NCBI GenBank assembly: GCA_041746575.1
Contig: JBGTGT010000083.1
Span: forward strand, 1 to 53,721
Direction of reading: 5' to 3'
Length of the DNA stretch: 53,721 nucleotides
Source: Microcystaceae cyanobacterium
GTDB taxonomy: Bacteria; Cyanobacteriota; Cyanobacteriia; Cyanobacteriales; Microcystaceae
Shown here: piece by piece, positions 41,862 through 51,808 of the stretch
Position numbering within the stretch: the first letter of the stretch is position 1
Layout: each line of letters starts with the position of its first letter
Translations under genes and position numbers: made by a program
Notes under the pieces: model-generated
Databases searched by the model: none
The model's input: only the letters and a program-made list of their open reading frames with translations
Told to the model about the DNA's origin: nothing

Positions 41862-42830
41862 TTAACAATTTACGGTCTTTTCCAGCCATTTCATCACTTC
41901 TTGTCCCAAATTGACCTGATTTAAACGATCAATTTCACGAATCCCTGTCGGACTGGTAACATTCACTTCAGTCAGATAACCGCCAATAACGTCTAAACCA
42001 ACGAAATATAGACCATCTTGACGCAATTTTGGCGCAACAAATTCACAGATTTCCCGTTCTCTAGGGGTGATTTCTGTTTTCTCGACTCTTCCGCCGACGG
42101 CCATATTTCCTCGAAACTCTTTCCCCGTTGGCACACGATTCACTGCCCCAATAGGACGACCATCGAGTAAAATAATCCGTTTATCGCCCTCTTTCGCTTC
42201 AGGTAAGAATTTTTGCACCATTACGGGTTCTTTTCCCCGTTGGGTACTAATTTCTACTAAAGAATTAAAATTGCGATCGCTTGGCTCTAAGAATAAGATA
42301 CCTTCTCCTGCCTTGCCACCCAAGGGTTTTAAGATGGCTTTTTCTTTTTCTTCAAGAAATTGACGTAAAATATCCTTATCTTGACTCACGACGGTTTCCG
42401 GCATCACCCCGCTAAACTGCAAAGTATAAAGTTTCTCGTTTGCTTCGCGTAATCCTTGAGGGGAATTGATGACAAGGGTATGCGCAGGATTGATTAATGC
42501 TAAGAGATAGGTTGCATAGAGGTAAGGAATCGTCACTGGTGGATCTTTGCGCATAAAAACCGCGTCCATGTCCTCTAAACAGGTTAAAATTCCCTCTGAA
42601 ACAGAATACCATTGCGGCACAGCCACCCAGCGATCGCCTTTTAATTCGACGGGAATTAAGCGAATAGACTGCAAAATAGCCCATGTTTTGCCATTGATCA
42701 CACTTAGTTGGTGCATTTCTGCGCCATAGACTTCATATCCTAACTGTTGAGCGGCTTCCATCATAGCGACTGTGCTATCATGGCCGGGGTCAAGTAGAGA
42801 TAGAGGGTCAATAATAAACGCTAATTTCAC
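41862..42830 (-). CDS. gshB: Glutathione synthetase (GTG start, KLAFIIDP)
   Basis: MRKDPP, ANEKL, KPLGGKAGEG, GDKRI, FRGNMAVGG, EVNVTSPTG. Confidence 0.95.
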   Translation of the reverse strand: MKLAFIIDPLSLLDPGHDSTVAMMEAAQQLGYEVYGAEMHQLSVINGKTWAILQSIRLIPVELKGDRWVAVPQWYSVSEGILTCLEDMDAVFMRKDPPVTIPYLYATYLLALINPAHTLVINSPQGLREANEKLYTLQFSGVMPETVVSQDKDILRQFLEEKEKAILKPLGGKAGEGILFLEPSDRNFNSLVEISTQRGKEPVMVQKFLPEAKEGDKRIILLDGRPIGAVNRVPTGKEFRGNMAVGGRVEKTEITPREREICEFVAPKLRQDGLYFVGLDVIGGYLTEVNVTSPTGIREIDRLNQVNLGQEVMKWLEKTVNC

Positions 42831-42850
42831 GCCAATACCTTCAAGAATAC

Positions 42851-43120
42851 CTAAACGGCTTGACTTTGCAAGAGAGAATCGAGTTTTTTGCGGGATTCCA
42901 GTTCGTATAAATCGTCGCATCCACCAATATGTTGGTCATTGATAAAGATTTGCGGTACACTACGCCGTCCGTTAGCTCTTTCTGCCATTTTTTCCCGTGC
43001 TTTGCGATCGCCATCAATACAGTATTCGGTGAAGTCAACGCCTTTTTTGCTGAGTAACGCTTTTGCTCGTAGGCAGTAGGGACAAGTACTCCATGTGTAG
43101 ATTTCAACGTTAGCGGCCAT
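42851..43120 (-). CDS. grxC: Glutaredoxin 3
   Basis: CPYC, SVPQIFI, HIGGCDDL. Confidence 0.93.
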   Translation of the reverse strand: MAANVEIYTWSTCPYCLRAKALLSKKGVDFTEYCIDGDRKAREKMAERANGRRSVPQIFINDQHIGGCDDLYELESRKKLDSLLQSQAV

Positions 43121-43261
43121 AGGACTCAATAAATGTTACAAATTGTTACTTTCCTCTAGTCTAGCAAAGGTTAGGGCATTGGGGTAAAAATTTAAGAGAC
43201 GATAAAAGGCAGAATGATTAACGGTTTCCTAATTTTTATTCTTAATTCGATCTAATTACTT

Positions 43262-44215
43262 ATGAAGTATTACTTAGTGTTTTATCCCTATCAACGTCCT
43301 TTTATTCACCCTTTAAACACTTACCACGGAGAATGGAAAGTTAGAAAAGGTATCATTATTCACCTAACTGATGAAAAAGGTCAGAAAGGATTAGGAGAAA
43401 TTGCCCCTTTACCTTGGTTTGGTTCAGAAACTCTAGCAGAAGCTTTAACCTTTTGTCACTCTTTAAAAACGACAGTTACTTTAGCTAAAATCTTAAATAT
43501 TCCTTGCCATTTACCTGCCTGTCAATTTGGTTTTGAATCTGCTTTAGAAAGCTTGCTGAATCCGATTATTGTTGACCATTCAAGAATTAATCATAGTTAT
43601 TTATTACCGGCAGGGAAAAAAGCATTAACACAATGGCAAAAAATAGAGAAAAGCCATCATTCTCAACAGAAATTGACGTTGAAATGGAAAATTGGTCTTG
43701 AATCACTAAAGCAAGAATTAAGCAACTTTGAAGAATTAATTTCGATTTTACCCTGTTATGTTAGAGTCCGTTTAGATGCCAACGGCGGATTGACAATAGA
43801 TGAAGCCAAAGAATGGTTAAAACAACTTGATCAAGAAACAAGAATCGAATTTCTTGAACAACCTTTAGCTCCGTCAGAATTTAACACGATGTTATCTTTA
43901 GCTCAAGACTATAAAACCCCCATTGCGTTAGATGAATCGGTGTCTAATTTACAACAAATTGAAGATTGTTACTTAAAAGGATGGCGAGGAATTTTTATTA
44001 TTAAAGCGGCCATTGCAGGTTATCCTTCTCGTTTACGCCTCTTATTGCAAAACTATCTTTTAGATACTGTTTTTTCAACGGTATTTGAAACAGAAATTGG
44101 ACAAAGTTTCGTTATAAAACTAGCACAAGAACTCAGTCAGAGAGAACGTGCGCTCGGTTTCGGGAATAACATCCAATTAGGAGAAATTCAACCTCTTTCC
44201 CCAAGAGAAGATTGA
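43262..44215 (+). CDS. menC: o-Succinylbenzoate synthase
   Basis: GEIAPLPWFGSE, KWKIG, RLDANG, EFLEQPL, IALDES. Confidence 0.88.
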   Translation: MKYYLVFYPYQRPFIHPLNTYHGEWKVRKGIIIHLTDEKGQKGLGEIAPLPWFGSETLAEALTFCHSLKTTVTLAKILNIPCHLPACQFGFESALESLLNPIIVDHSRINHSYLLPAGKKALTQWQKIEKSHHSQQKLTLKWKIGLESLKQELSNFEELISILPCYVRVRLDANGGLTIDEAKEWLKQLDQETRIEFLEQPLAPSEFNTMLSLAQDYKTPIALDESVSNLQQIEDCYLKGWRGIFIIKAAIAGYPSRLRLLLQNYLLDTVFSTVFETEIGQSFVIKLAQELSQRERALGFGNNIQLGEIQPLSPRED

Positions 44216-44826
44216 GCTTGACAGGATTTAGCAACCCAAATATGTAAATAGTTTGCCGCCTTTCGCCAAGATCCTTGGGATTTCTGCACAATTTCTTCTG
44301 CTTGCTCTAGCGTTAAGGTTAGGGGAATGGGAATCTGGAGAGATAATTGTTCGGCTTTTAGGGCAATTTCTAGCAAACTTATGAGATTTTCCACAGAAAG
44401 GGTGGATAAATATATTTTTCTTAAAGAAAAACCCAATAAACCTGCAATCCATGCAACATTACGATGAGTAGATACCACGATAGTTGCACGACACCCTTTT
44501 GCAGATATCAGGCTGAACAATAGAATAAGTAAGGGAATACGGTCTGCTTCATCCCAATAAGCGATCGCAGATATGGGAGGAAATTGCCAGCTTAACCACC
44601 CTTTAGGACAGTAATAATAGATTCCCTTCGTTTTTTCGTGCCAATGAAGCAAATGAGATGTTTTTCCTGCCCCTTTTTCTCCTAAAACTTGCCAAAATAG
44701 ACAACTTTGACGAGGAGGAGGCTGAGAAAATCCGAAATCAACCCAACGGTTTATTGGAATATATAACGTTTCCAAGTTTATAAAGGGATTGCGACGTAAT
44801 CCAATACGATGATAGGGATTGCTCAT
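44188..44826 (-). CDS. Small P-loop NTPase-like hypothetical protein (start MSNPY)
   Basis: GLRRNPF, Walker A GEKGAGKT, Walker B YWDEAD, STH. Confidence 0.7.
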   Translation of the reverse strand: MSNPYHRIGLRRNPFINLETLYIPINRWVDFGFSQPPPRQSCLFWQVLGEKGAGKTSHLLHWHEKTKGIYYYCPKGWLSWQFPPISAIAYWDEADRIPLLILLFSLISAKGCRATIVVSTHRNVAWIAGLLGFSLRKIYLSTLSVENLISLLEIALKAEQLSLQIPIPLTLTLEQAEEIVQKSQGSWRKAANYLHIWVAKSCQAQSSLGERG

Positions 44827-44828
44827 TT

Positions 44829-45185
44829 TCAGGTTATTATTTGACGAGGAACAACTAAAAAAAACGTTTTTTCTTGGTTTTTCTTGATCCCAAGCCATTG
44901 AGAACAAGTGACAGAAACTTCCCAAATAATTCTAATTAATTGACCATCATAAGTAACGGGGCCAGCTTGAGGAATTTTACAATCAAAATAGCATTTTGTG
45001 GAAGGTTTTACTATCGTTTCATAAAGCGTTTCTTGATCTTTATCTCCTCGGCCTTCTGTACGCCAACCGACTGTTAATTGCAAGGACTGTTTAGTGTTTT
45101 CTTGAGGAGAAGGTGTCCATAGACACGAACCTAAAACGCGATCGCCGACTTCGAGAGTAATTTCGTTAAGATGAATATCAATCAT
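44829..45185 (-). CDS. Small beta-sandwich hypothetical protein
   Basis: GWRTEGRG..D, IPQAGPVTYDGQLIRIIWEVSV. Confidence 0.65.
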   Translation of the reverse strand: MIDIHLNEITLEVGDRVLGSCLWTPSPQENTKQSLQLTVGWRTEGRGDKDQETLYETIVKPSTKCYFDCKIPQAGPVTYDGQLIRIIWEVSVTCSQWLGIKKNQEKTFFLVVPRQIIT

Positions 45186-45859
45186 AGGACAATGACCGGA
45201 TCAACAAGAATTGTAAAATGAGAATAAATATTTTTAGAAATTCCCGGAATTTCTTGATGAACCGACATAACCCAGCGAATTTGATTATGTTTTCCTTCAA
45301 ATGAAGGAGGAAGATAAGAGGGAATTTCAAGGGAATTTTTCATCTCTAAAAGATTACTTCCTTGATAAAGAGGGTAGGAGGTAGAGGGAGATTCCCAAAC
45401 GACATGAGTTTCGGTTTCGGTATCTGTGCCTTTCGTATATTCAACTTTTTCGACACAAGAAAGGGTGAAATACAGTTTTCCTGCCTGAGGAAGGATCCTA
45501 TTCTTTTTCAAGCGACGACGAAATTGAAAAGTAGATTTTTCTCCGAGTTTTAAAGGATAACTGGGTAAAATAATTTCAGCAGGTAATAATTTAAAAGAAG
45601 CTAATATATCCACAATGATCGTGGGATTAATAACAAATATAATCACACCACCGATCAGAAAAATAATGAGGAAAAACCACCAAAAGAGAAATAGAAAAAT
45701 ACCGAAAATCAAGAAACCGATAACCTTAGAAAAAAGACTGGCTTTTTGAGAAATGCGATTACTTAGGTTTTCTTTCAAGAGAAATCCTTGATTATGAGGT
45801 TCGACTTCAGCCGGCGCAAAGGCAAAAGAATATTTGTGAAAAAGCGTTAAATCCATCAT
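45182..45859 (-). CDS. Membrane protein with a C-terminal beta-sandwich-like domain
   Basis: Long hydrophobic TM region, CVEKVEY.KGTD, IPSYLPPSFEG.HNQIRWVMSV; AGAGGA RBS. Confidence 0.7.
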   Translation of the reverse strand: MMDLTLFHKYSFAFAPAEVEPHNQGFLLKENLSNRISQKASLFSKVIGFLIFGIFLFLFWWFFLIIFLIGGVIIFVINPTIIVDILASFKLLPAEIILPSYPLKLGEKSTFQFRRRLKKNRILPQAGKLYFTLSCVEKVEYTKGTDTETETHVVWESPSTSYPLYQGSNLLEMKNSLEIPSYLPPSFEGKHNQIRWVMSVHQEIPGISKNIYSHFTILVDPVIVL

Positions 45860-46049
45860 TTTTCCTCTTCTTTTAACTTGAGGATATGCTTTTATTTTAA
45901 GAAGAGAATTTTAGTAAAAAGGTTAAGATTTGTTTCTAAATTTTTTAGAAGGGAATTGGGGATATTGTAAAACCGAAAAAAAGGGACACAATTATCACAA
46001 TATGCCCCTTTATCTTAGATTAAGCTTAAATTTCTTCAGATTTTATCCC

Positions 46050-47051
46050 TTAAGAGGCCACCTTAATTTGATTGTCTTCCCATTTACGGGGTGAACTGGC
46101 GCGGCGGATATTGCGCCAAATTTGGGTGGCCGCCAGCGTACCATCAGCAACTGCCACAGATACTTGATTTAGTCCTTTTTTCAAGTCTCCAAGGGCAAAA
46201 ATGCGAGAATCACTGGTTTGCGCCATGTCATTAGTGACTAGATTTTCTCCATCCCATTCTAATCCTTGAAAATTCTTGAGGTAATCATTGTAATATTTCG
46301 ATCCCATATTAATGAGGCCAGTGGTTGCTTCGATGATTGTGCCATTTGCTAATTCTACACCACTCATTTGATGATTTTCCCCTAAAAAGCGTTGAATCGG
46401 AGCTTCGTAAAGGGGATAGCCATGTTCAGCGAGTTTTTGCTTCATTTCGTCACTTATCGTACATAAACCATTAGTTAAAACGGTGATATAAGGTGTAAAC
46501 CAATTTAAGACAAAGGCCGCATTAATTTGGGACTCTTTAGCGACAATCAACACCGATTTTTGGTCCCACATATCAAATCCATCACAAATCATGCAGACAT
46601 GAAGGGTATATCCTGCATAATCATAGACGTTCTGCATATCCGCCAGTTGCGGCAGATGATCAATAATTCCTGAAGCGGCAATGAGATATTTTGTCCGAAA
46701 AACGGGATAAAAACTATTTTCTTTACCAACTTTAGCTTTGACAGCTAGGTTTTCTCCTTCGTCCGTCACTTCTTCGACAAATCCTCGTAAATAATCTCCT
46801 CCCCATTCAATCAATTGTTTTGTACTGTAAGCAAGAATATCACGACCGGGAGTATCGGGGCTGAGACCGACATAATTGCGTAAATCTTGCATCCAGAGGG
46901 ATCTTCCTCTACCCTTCTCGATAATGAGACATTTTAATCCGTAACGCGCTAGATAAATGCCTGCTGATAGGCCACCCATTCCACCACCGACAACAATCGC
47001 ATCATAAAGGGTATCTAAACGAGTATCAAGGTTTTTGCTAGAGAGTTTCAT
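46050..47051 (-). CDS. Thioredoxin-reductase-like flavoprotein, DDOR type (Slr0600-like)
   Basis: VVGGGMGGLSAG, redox motif CMIC, no GxGxxA NAD(P)H-binding motif, FALGD; strongly resembles my recollection of Synechocystis DDOR. Confidence 0.8.
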   Translation of the reverse strand: MKLSSKNLDTRLDTLYDAIVVGGGMGGLSAGIYLARYGLKCLIIEKGRGRSLWMQDLRNYVGLSPDTPGRDILAYSTKQLIEWGGDYLRGFVEEVTDEGENLAVKAKVGKENSFYPVFRTKYLIAASGIIDHLPQLADMQNVYDYAGYTLHVCMICDGFDMWDQKSVLIVAKESQINAAFVLNWFTPYITVLTNGLCTISDEMKQKLAEHGYPLYEAPIQRFLGENHQMSGVELANGTIIEATTGLINMGSKYYNDYLKNFQGLEWDGENLVTNDMAQTSDSRIFALGDLKKGLNQVSVAVADGTLAATQIWRNIRRASSPRKWEDNQIKVAS

Positions 47052-47200
47052 TGTGATTCTCCGATTCGGTGTGAGGTTAATTTGAGGGTAAAAGGTTAGT
47101 TAGTAGATTAATGAACAAGAATAATAGTTTTTCATCTTTTAACAGACGAATTGAGGGAATTTTCCCCCAATTCTCAATAATTCAGCTTAATTTTGCTGTT

Positions 47201-47776
47201 TTAGCCAACAAAAGCTAGACGAGGTTCAGAAACCCCTGCCGACTCCGTTCCTTTGAGATAACCTAACATAGTATCAGCATCAGAGACTTCAAAAGGATCG
47301 GTAGGACAATTATCACCAAAGTCTTCCTCTACGAAGATTTTTTCAATTTTGCCGTCGTTGACAAACATAGAATAACGCCAAGACCGCATGCCAAAGCCTA
47401 GATTCGATTTATCGACTAGCATGCCCATTTTACGGGTAAATTCACCGTTGCCATCGGGTAATAAAGAGACATTCTTCGCATCAACTTTTTGACCCCATTG
47501 GAACATGACAAAGGCATCGTTCACGGAAAGACAGATAATGTCATCTACGCCTAACGCTTTAAACTCATCATACAGTTCTTCGTAGCGGGGGAGATGATTA
47601 GAGGAGCAAGTAGGGGTAAATGCGCCGGGGAGGGAGAAAACAATCACTTTTTTACCACCGAAAATCTCTTGGGTCGTCTTATCCTGCCAACGGTAGGGGT
47701 TGGAACCCGGAACAGACTCATCTCGTACTCGGGTTTTGAAGACCACATCGGGGACACGATTAATTGCAATAGTCAT
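47201..47776 (-). CDS. Type II peroxiredoxin (Prx5/Sll1621-like)
   Basis: [37 protein letters not shown]. Confidence 0.92.
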   Translation of the reverse strand: MTIAINRVPDVVFKTRVRDESVPGSNPYRWQDKTTQEIFGGKKVIVFSLPGAFTPTCSSNHLPRYEELYDEFKALGVDDIICLSVNDAFVMFQWGQKVDAKNVSLLPDGNGEFTRKMGMLVDKSNLGFGMRSWRYSMFVNDGKIEKIFVEEDFGDNCPTDPFEVSDADTMLGYLKGTESAGVSEPRLAFVG

Positions 47777-47844
47777 ACTTACCTCTTAAAACGTCAAGTG
47801 CTAATCAGTTGAATAGTTTTCACAATCAGCTATTGCCATTATAG

Positions 47845-47929
47845 CTCAGAATAATTCTTAGTTAAGAAAAAGTCAATGGTTATAATGACTCATTTACCTT
47901 CCCCATAATAACTCGGTATAATTCTGAGT
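47845..47929. promoter_or_regulatory. Two Per/Fur-box-like palindromes in the divergent prx-perR promoter
   Basis: CTCAGAAT-A-ATTCTTAG (47845-47861) and ACTCGGTAT-A-ATTCTGAGT (47911-47929). Confidence 0.55.
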
Positions 47930-48017
47930 AAGTGCTGATAGTTTAAAAATACAACACCCAGCCACAAGATTTTATTTTTCCTTAAAATTTTGGCGGTAGT
48001 TGTGGGAGAAAGAAATT

Positions 48018-48446
48018 ATGAAACCGTCCATGCAGACGATTGTCCAGCAATTAAAGTCAAAAGGGTTGAGAGTAACCCCCCAGCGATTCTCCGTGTATGA
48101 AAACCTATTAAATCGGACAGACCATCCGACTGCCGAGCAGATTTTGATGGATTTAAACCAAGAGTCCCCAAAATCATCTCAAGCGACGGTATATAGTTCT
48201 TTGCAAGCGTTACAGGAAGTGGGACTGATACGGGAAGTTTTACTCGAAGAAGGGGTGTGTCGTTATGATGCTAATACCGCTCGCCATCATCATTTTCGCT
48301 GTCGCCATTGCAGAGAAATCGAGGATATTCCTTGGGAGCATTGTGAAGGACTGCAATTTTCCTTAAGAAAGGGTTTAACGGTTGAGAATTACGAAGTGAT
48401 CATGCACGGACGTTGCGATCGCTGTCAAGGGGTAGGGATATCGTAA
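48018..48446 (+). CDS. perR: Fur-family peroxide regulator PerR
   Basis: GLRVTPQR, DHPTAE, ATVYSSL, RYDAN...HHHFRC..C, C-terminal CDRC; divergent from the type II Prx. Confidence 0.82.
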   Translation: MKPSMQTIVQQLKSKGLRVTPQRFSVYENLLNRTDHPTAEQILMDLNQESPKSSQATVYSSLQALQEVGLIREVLLEEGVCRYDANTARHHHFRCRHCREIEDIPWEHCEGLQFSLRKGLTVENYEVIMHGRCDRCQGVGIS

Positions 48447-48526
48447 AATGCAGAAGGCAGTCTCAAAAACCGCTCTTTGTCTAACTGCTAAACGTTACCT
48501 TGATTAATTAATAGTGGAAACCCCCC

Positions 48527-49030
48527 ATGATGAAACCAAAACCCACGCCGATTCCACCAGAGACAGGACAAGAATCTGTTTGGGATTATCCCCGTCCAGC
48601 GCGCTTAGAAGATACCGACAAAGCGATTTTAGTTATCTGCCAAGGAATTGTTTTGGCGGAGACTCATCAAGCGAAAAGAGTCTTAGAAACCAGTCATCCA
48701 CCCGTTTACTATATTCCACCAGAGGACATTAAATTAGAGTATTTAAAAGAGACAGATAAAGTAACTTGGTGCGAATGGAAGGGAAGTTGTCGCTATTATG
48801 ATATTAGCATTGGCGAGCATTACATTTCTCCCGGAGCTTGGCGATATTTTGATCCCACTCCACCGTTCAAAGAGATTCAAGAATATTATGGTTTTTATGC
48901 GGGTGTCATGGACGCTTGTTATATCAATAATGAATTGGTTACCCCTCAAGCAGGCGACTTTTATGGAGGGTGGATTACGTCAGATATTGTCGGACCTTTT
49001 AAAGGAGAGGTAGGAACAAGATGGTGGTAA
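48527..49030 (+). CDS. DUF427 domain protein
   Basis: QESVWDYPRP, RVLETSHPPVYYIP, CEWKG, FYGGWIT. Confidence 0.85.
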   Translation: MMKPKPTPIPPETGQESVWDYPRPARLEDTDKAILVICQGIVLAETHQAKRVLETSHPPVYYIPPEDIKLEYLKETDKVTWCEWKGSCRYYDISIGEHYISPGAWRYFDPTPPFKEIQEYYGFYAGVMDACYINNELVTPQAGDFYGGWITSDIVGPFKGEVGTRWW

Positions 49031-49033
49031 CCC

Positions 49034-50389
49034 ATGAAAATCGAAAGGATTAAAATAGAAGAACTGAGACTGCATGAACATCACCTAGACATTCGTTATA
49101 GCGCAGACGAATTTAGATTTTCGACTAAGATTTTTTATCACGATGTCACTTTTTCTAGTCTCATTGAACGCTATTCAAACCCTTTAATTCAACGAATCAG
49201 TGCTTACATTGCCTTATTTGAGGGGATGAAATTTTGTTCGCTTTATCCCCGTTATTATGATATTTCCCTGATTTCTCAGCAATTAAATGAGAATGTGATT
49301 GAGGGATTTATTAAGGTTTATCAAGGGGTATTTGCTCAACATTGGTATGAAAATAATATAACAGATTATCCTCATCCGGACTTGATTTATGCTCAAAAAT
49401 TAGGAAACTATCAACCGCTTGCAATTTTTGGTAATAATCAAACCCTTTTAATGGGATGTGGTGGTGGCAAAGATAGTATTTTGGGTATGAAAATTTTAGA
49501 AGAATCAGAGATTGCTTATGCCACCATTCAATATGCTCACAGTGTTTATGGCAAAGCAGAATTACAGCATCAGTTAATTGATCAAGTGATTGAAACGATG
49601 AACCCCATTAAATCCCATCGCATCTCAATTTATGATGACTTTACTGATTTTCCTTTTCTCCCATTATATCATCCCAAAAATTCAGGGATTATTTCTCCTG
49701 AAACGCCTATGTCTGTTTTTGAATGTTTGTTTATTATGTTAAATGAAGGATATCATTATCTCTCTTTCGCTCACGAAAAAAGTGCGAATACGGGTAACTT
49801 TTTTTGGAAAACCTTAAGCAGAGAAGTTAATCATCAATGGGGAAAAAGCCTAGAAGCTGAACAACAATTAAATCAATGTATTCAAGCCAATCTATTGGAA
49901 AATTTCAATTACTTCAGTATTTTACAACCTATTTATGACCTTCGGATTTTTGAAAACTTAAGCAAGTATCCTCATATTTTACCTAAAATTCATTCTTGCA
50001 ATATTGAAAAGCCATGGTGTAAAAAATGCCCTAAATGTGCTTATGTGTGGTTAGGTTTAATGGCCTTTTTTGACTCGAAAGATGTTGATGCGGTTTTCGG
50101 CATGAATTTATTCGACGATGAAGATTTACAACCCATTTTTCGAGAAATGTTAGGTTTATCTGAGCATACCCCTTTTGAATGTATTGGAGAAATAGCGGAG
50201 AGTCGTCTAATGATGAAAAAATGCTTAGAAAAAGGCTTATCAGGCAAAGCTTTAGATCTATTTAAAGAAGAAATTCTCGCCGATTCTTCAATTGACTGGC
50301 AAGTAATTATCAATAAATACAGTCAGGTTTACGAACAAGAACACGCCATCCCCGCTTGGTTATTTGCTCAGATCAAAAGACAATTTTAA
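49034..50389 (+). CDS. MurL-like ATP-dependent peptide epimerase (PP-loop family)
   Basis: GGGKDS PP-loop, EKSAN, VNHQWGKS, YFSILQP, SCN...WCKKCPKCAYV, PFECIGE. Confidence 0.6.
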   Translation: MKIERIKIEELRLHEHHLDIRYSADEFRFSTKIFYHDVTFSSLIERYSNPLIQRISAYIALFEGMKFCSLYPRYYDISLISQQLNENVIEGFIKVYQGVFAQHWYENNITDYPHPDLIYAQKLGNYQPLAIFGNNQTLLMGCGGGKDSILGMKILEESEIAYATIQYAHSVYGKAELQHQLIDQVIETMNPIKSHRISIYDDFTDFPFLPLYHPKNSGIISPETPMSVFECLFIMLNEGYHYLSFAHEKSANTGNFFWKTLSREVNHQWGKSLEAEQQLNQCIQANLLENFNYFSILQPIYDLRIFENLSKYPHILPKIHSCNIEKPWCKKCPKCAYVWLGLMAFFDSKDVDAVFGMNLFDDEDLQPIFREMLGLSEHTPFECIGEIAESRLMMKKCLEKGLSGKALDLFKEEILADSSIDWQVIINKYSQVYEQEHAIPAWLFAQIKRQF

Positions 50390-50472
50390 AAATATATTTT
50401 GGAGATAAATTTGTCCTAAATTAGCGATCATAGGATACATTATAAAATGAACTTAATCATGCCGTTAAACCG

Positions 50473-51789
50473 ATGACCCACCTTGCTCTTACTCCACTAG
50501 ATTGGTTAATCAAAAAAGATATTCAGGTTATCGATGAGGAAAACCTTGAAGATGATTGGAGGAATAAAATAAATAAATCTATTCTTACGGAAACAGTCCC
50601 TCAAGCCCTAATCATACCAAAAAGTAGCAAAGAACTCTCTGATGTCATCACCCAATCTGCACAACACAAAATTCCCCTTTTGCTCTGTGGCAATGGCAGT
50701 AAACTTAATTGGGGAGGATTAACCGACTCGCCTCAGTGGGTCGTTAGTACCCAGAAGCTAAACCATATTATTGACCATGCTGTGGGGGATTTAACGGTAA
50801 CCGTAGAATCTGGGGTCAAATTAAAAGACTTACAAAAAATGTTGCAACCTTACGGTCAATTTCTTCCGATTGATCCTGCTTATTCCAATTTAGCAACCGT
50901 GGGTGGAATTGTGGCAACGGCAAATACAGGGAGCTGGCGACAACGATATGGTAGCGTGAGAGATTTAGTCTTAGGCATATCCTTTGTAAGATGGGATGGT
51001 AAAATCGCTAAAGCAGGCGGAAAAGTAGTCAAAAATGTTGCAGGGTATGACTTAATGAAGTTATTGACAGGATCTTATGGCACGCTAGGCGTCATCACCG
51101 ATATTACCTTTCGCTTATATCCCCTTAATAAAGCATCAAAAACGATAGTCATTACAGGAAATGCAGAAAATATCACTCTATTAGGTCAAACGTTAAAAAA
51201 TACAGGACTTTCTCCTATGGCGGCCGATTTTCTATCGGCTTCCGTCGTTAAGATCTTGGAGTTAGGGGAAGGAATCGGATTAATTTTGCAATTTCAAAGT
51301 ATTTTAGAAAGTGTTAATGAGCAAATTCAGCAAGCCGAAAAATATGCCGAATCCTTTGATTTAAAAAGGCAAGTTTTTAGTGAACAATCTGAAATAAATC
51401 TATGGCAACAATTACCAAATATTATCCAGATTACCCGCACAGAAGCGTCAATCACTGGCAAAATAGGAGTAATATCCAACCAAGCCGTAACCGTTCTCAC
51501 TCAGTTGAATAAATTAACCCAAAATCAAGGGTTAGGTATGATTAATTTAAAACAGGGCATTGGCTCAATTCAGTTTGATACAAATACCGATGTCCAAGTG
51601 ATCAAAAAAATGCGATCGCTCTGTCAATTTCATCAAGGTTATCTCACGCTTTTAGACGCTCCTCTAGAGATTAAACAAAAAATCGAACCTTGGGGTTATA
51701 CTAATAATGCTTTAACCCTCATGCAAAAAATTAAGCAACAATTTGATCCGCATAATCTACTGAATCCCCGAAAATTTTTATTTCAATAA
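50473..51789 (+). CDS. glcE: Glycolate dehydrogenase FAD-binding subunit
   Basis: GNGSKL.WG, DLTVTVESG, ATVGG, GGKVVKNVAGYDLMKL..GS.GTLG, FDP..LLNP. Confidence 0.85.
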   Translation: MTHLALTPLDWLIKKDIQVIDEENLEDDWRNKINKSILTETVPQALIIPKSSKELSDVITQSAQHKIPLLLCGNGSKLNWGGLTDSPQWVVSTQKLNHIIDHAVGDLTVTVESGVKLKDLQKMLQPYGQFLPIDPAYSNLATVGGIVATANTGSWRQRYGSVRDLVLGISFVRWDGKIAKAGGKVVKNVAGYDLMKLLTGSYGTLGVITDITFRLYPLNKASKTIVITGNAENITLLGQTLKNTGLSPMAADFLSASVVKILELGEGIGLILQFQSILESVNEQIQQAEKYAESFDLKRQVFSEQSEINLWQQLPNIIQITRTEASITGKIGVISNQAVTVLTQLNKLTQNQGLGMINLKQGIGSIQFDTNTDVQVIKKMRSLCQFHQGYLTLLDAPLEIKQKIEPWGYTNNALTLMQKIKQQFDPHNLLNPRKFLFQ

Positions 51790-51808
51790 TCTCCAATTTT
51801 AAATAACA

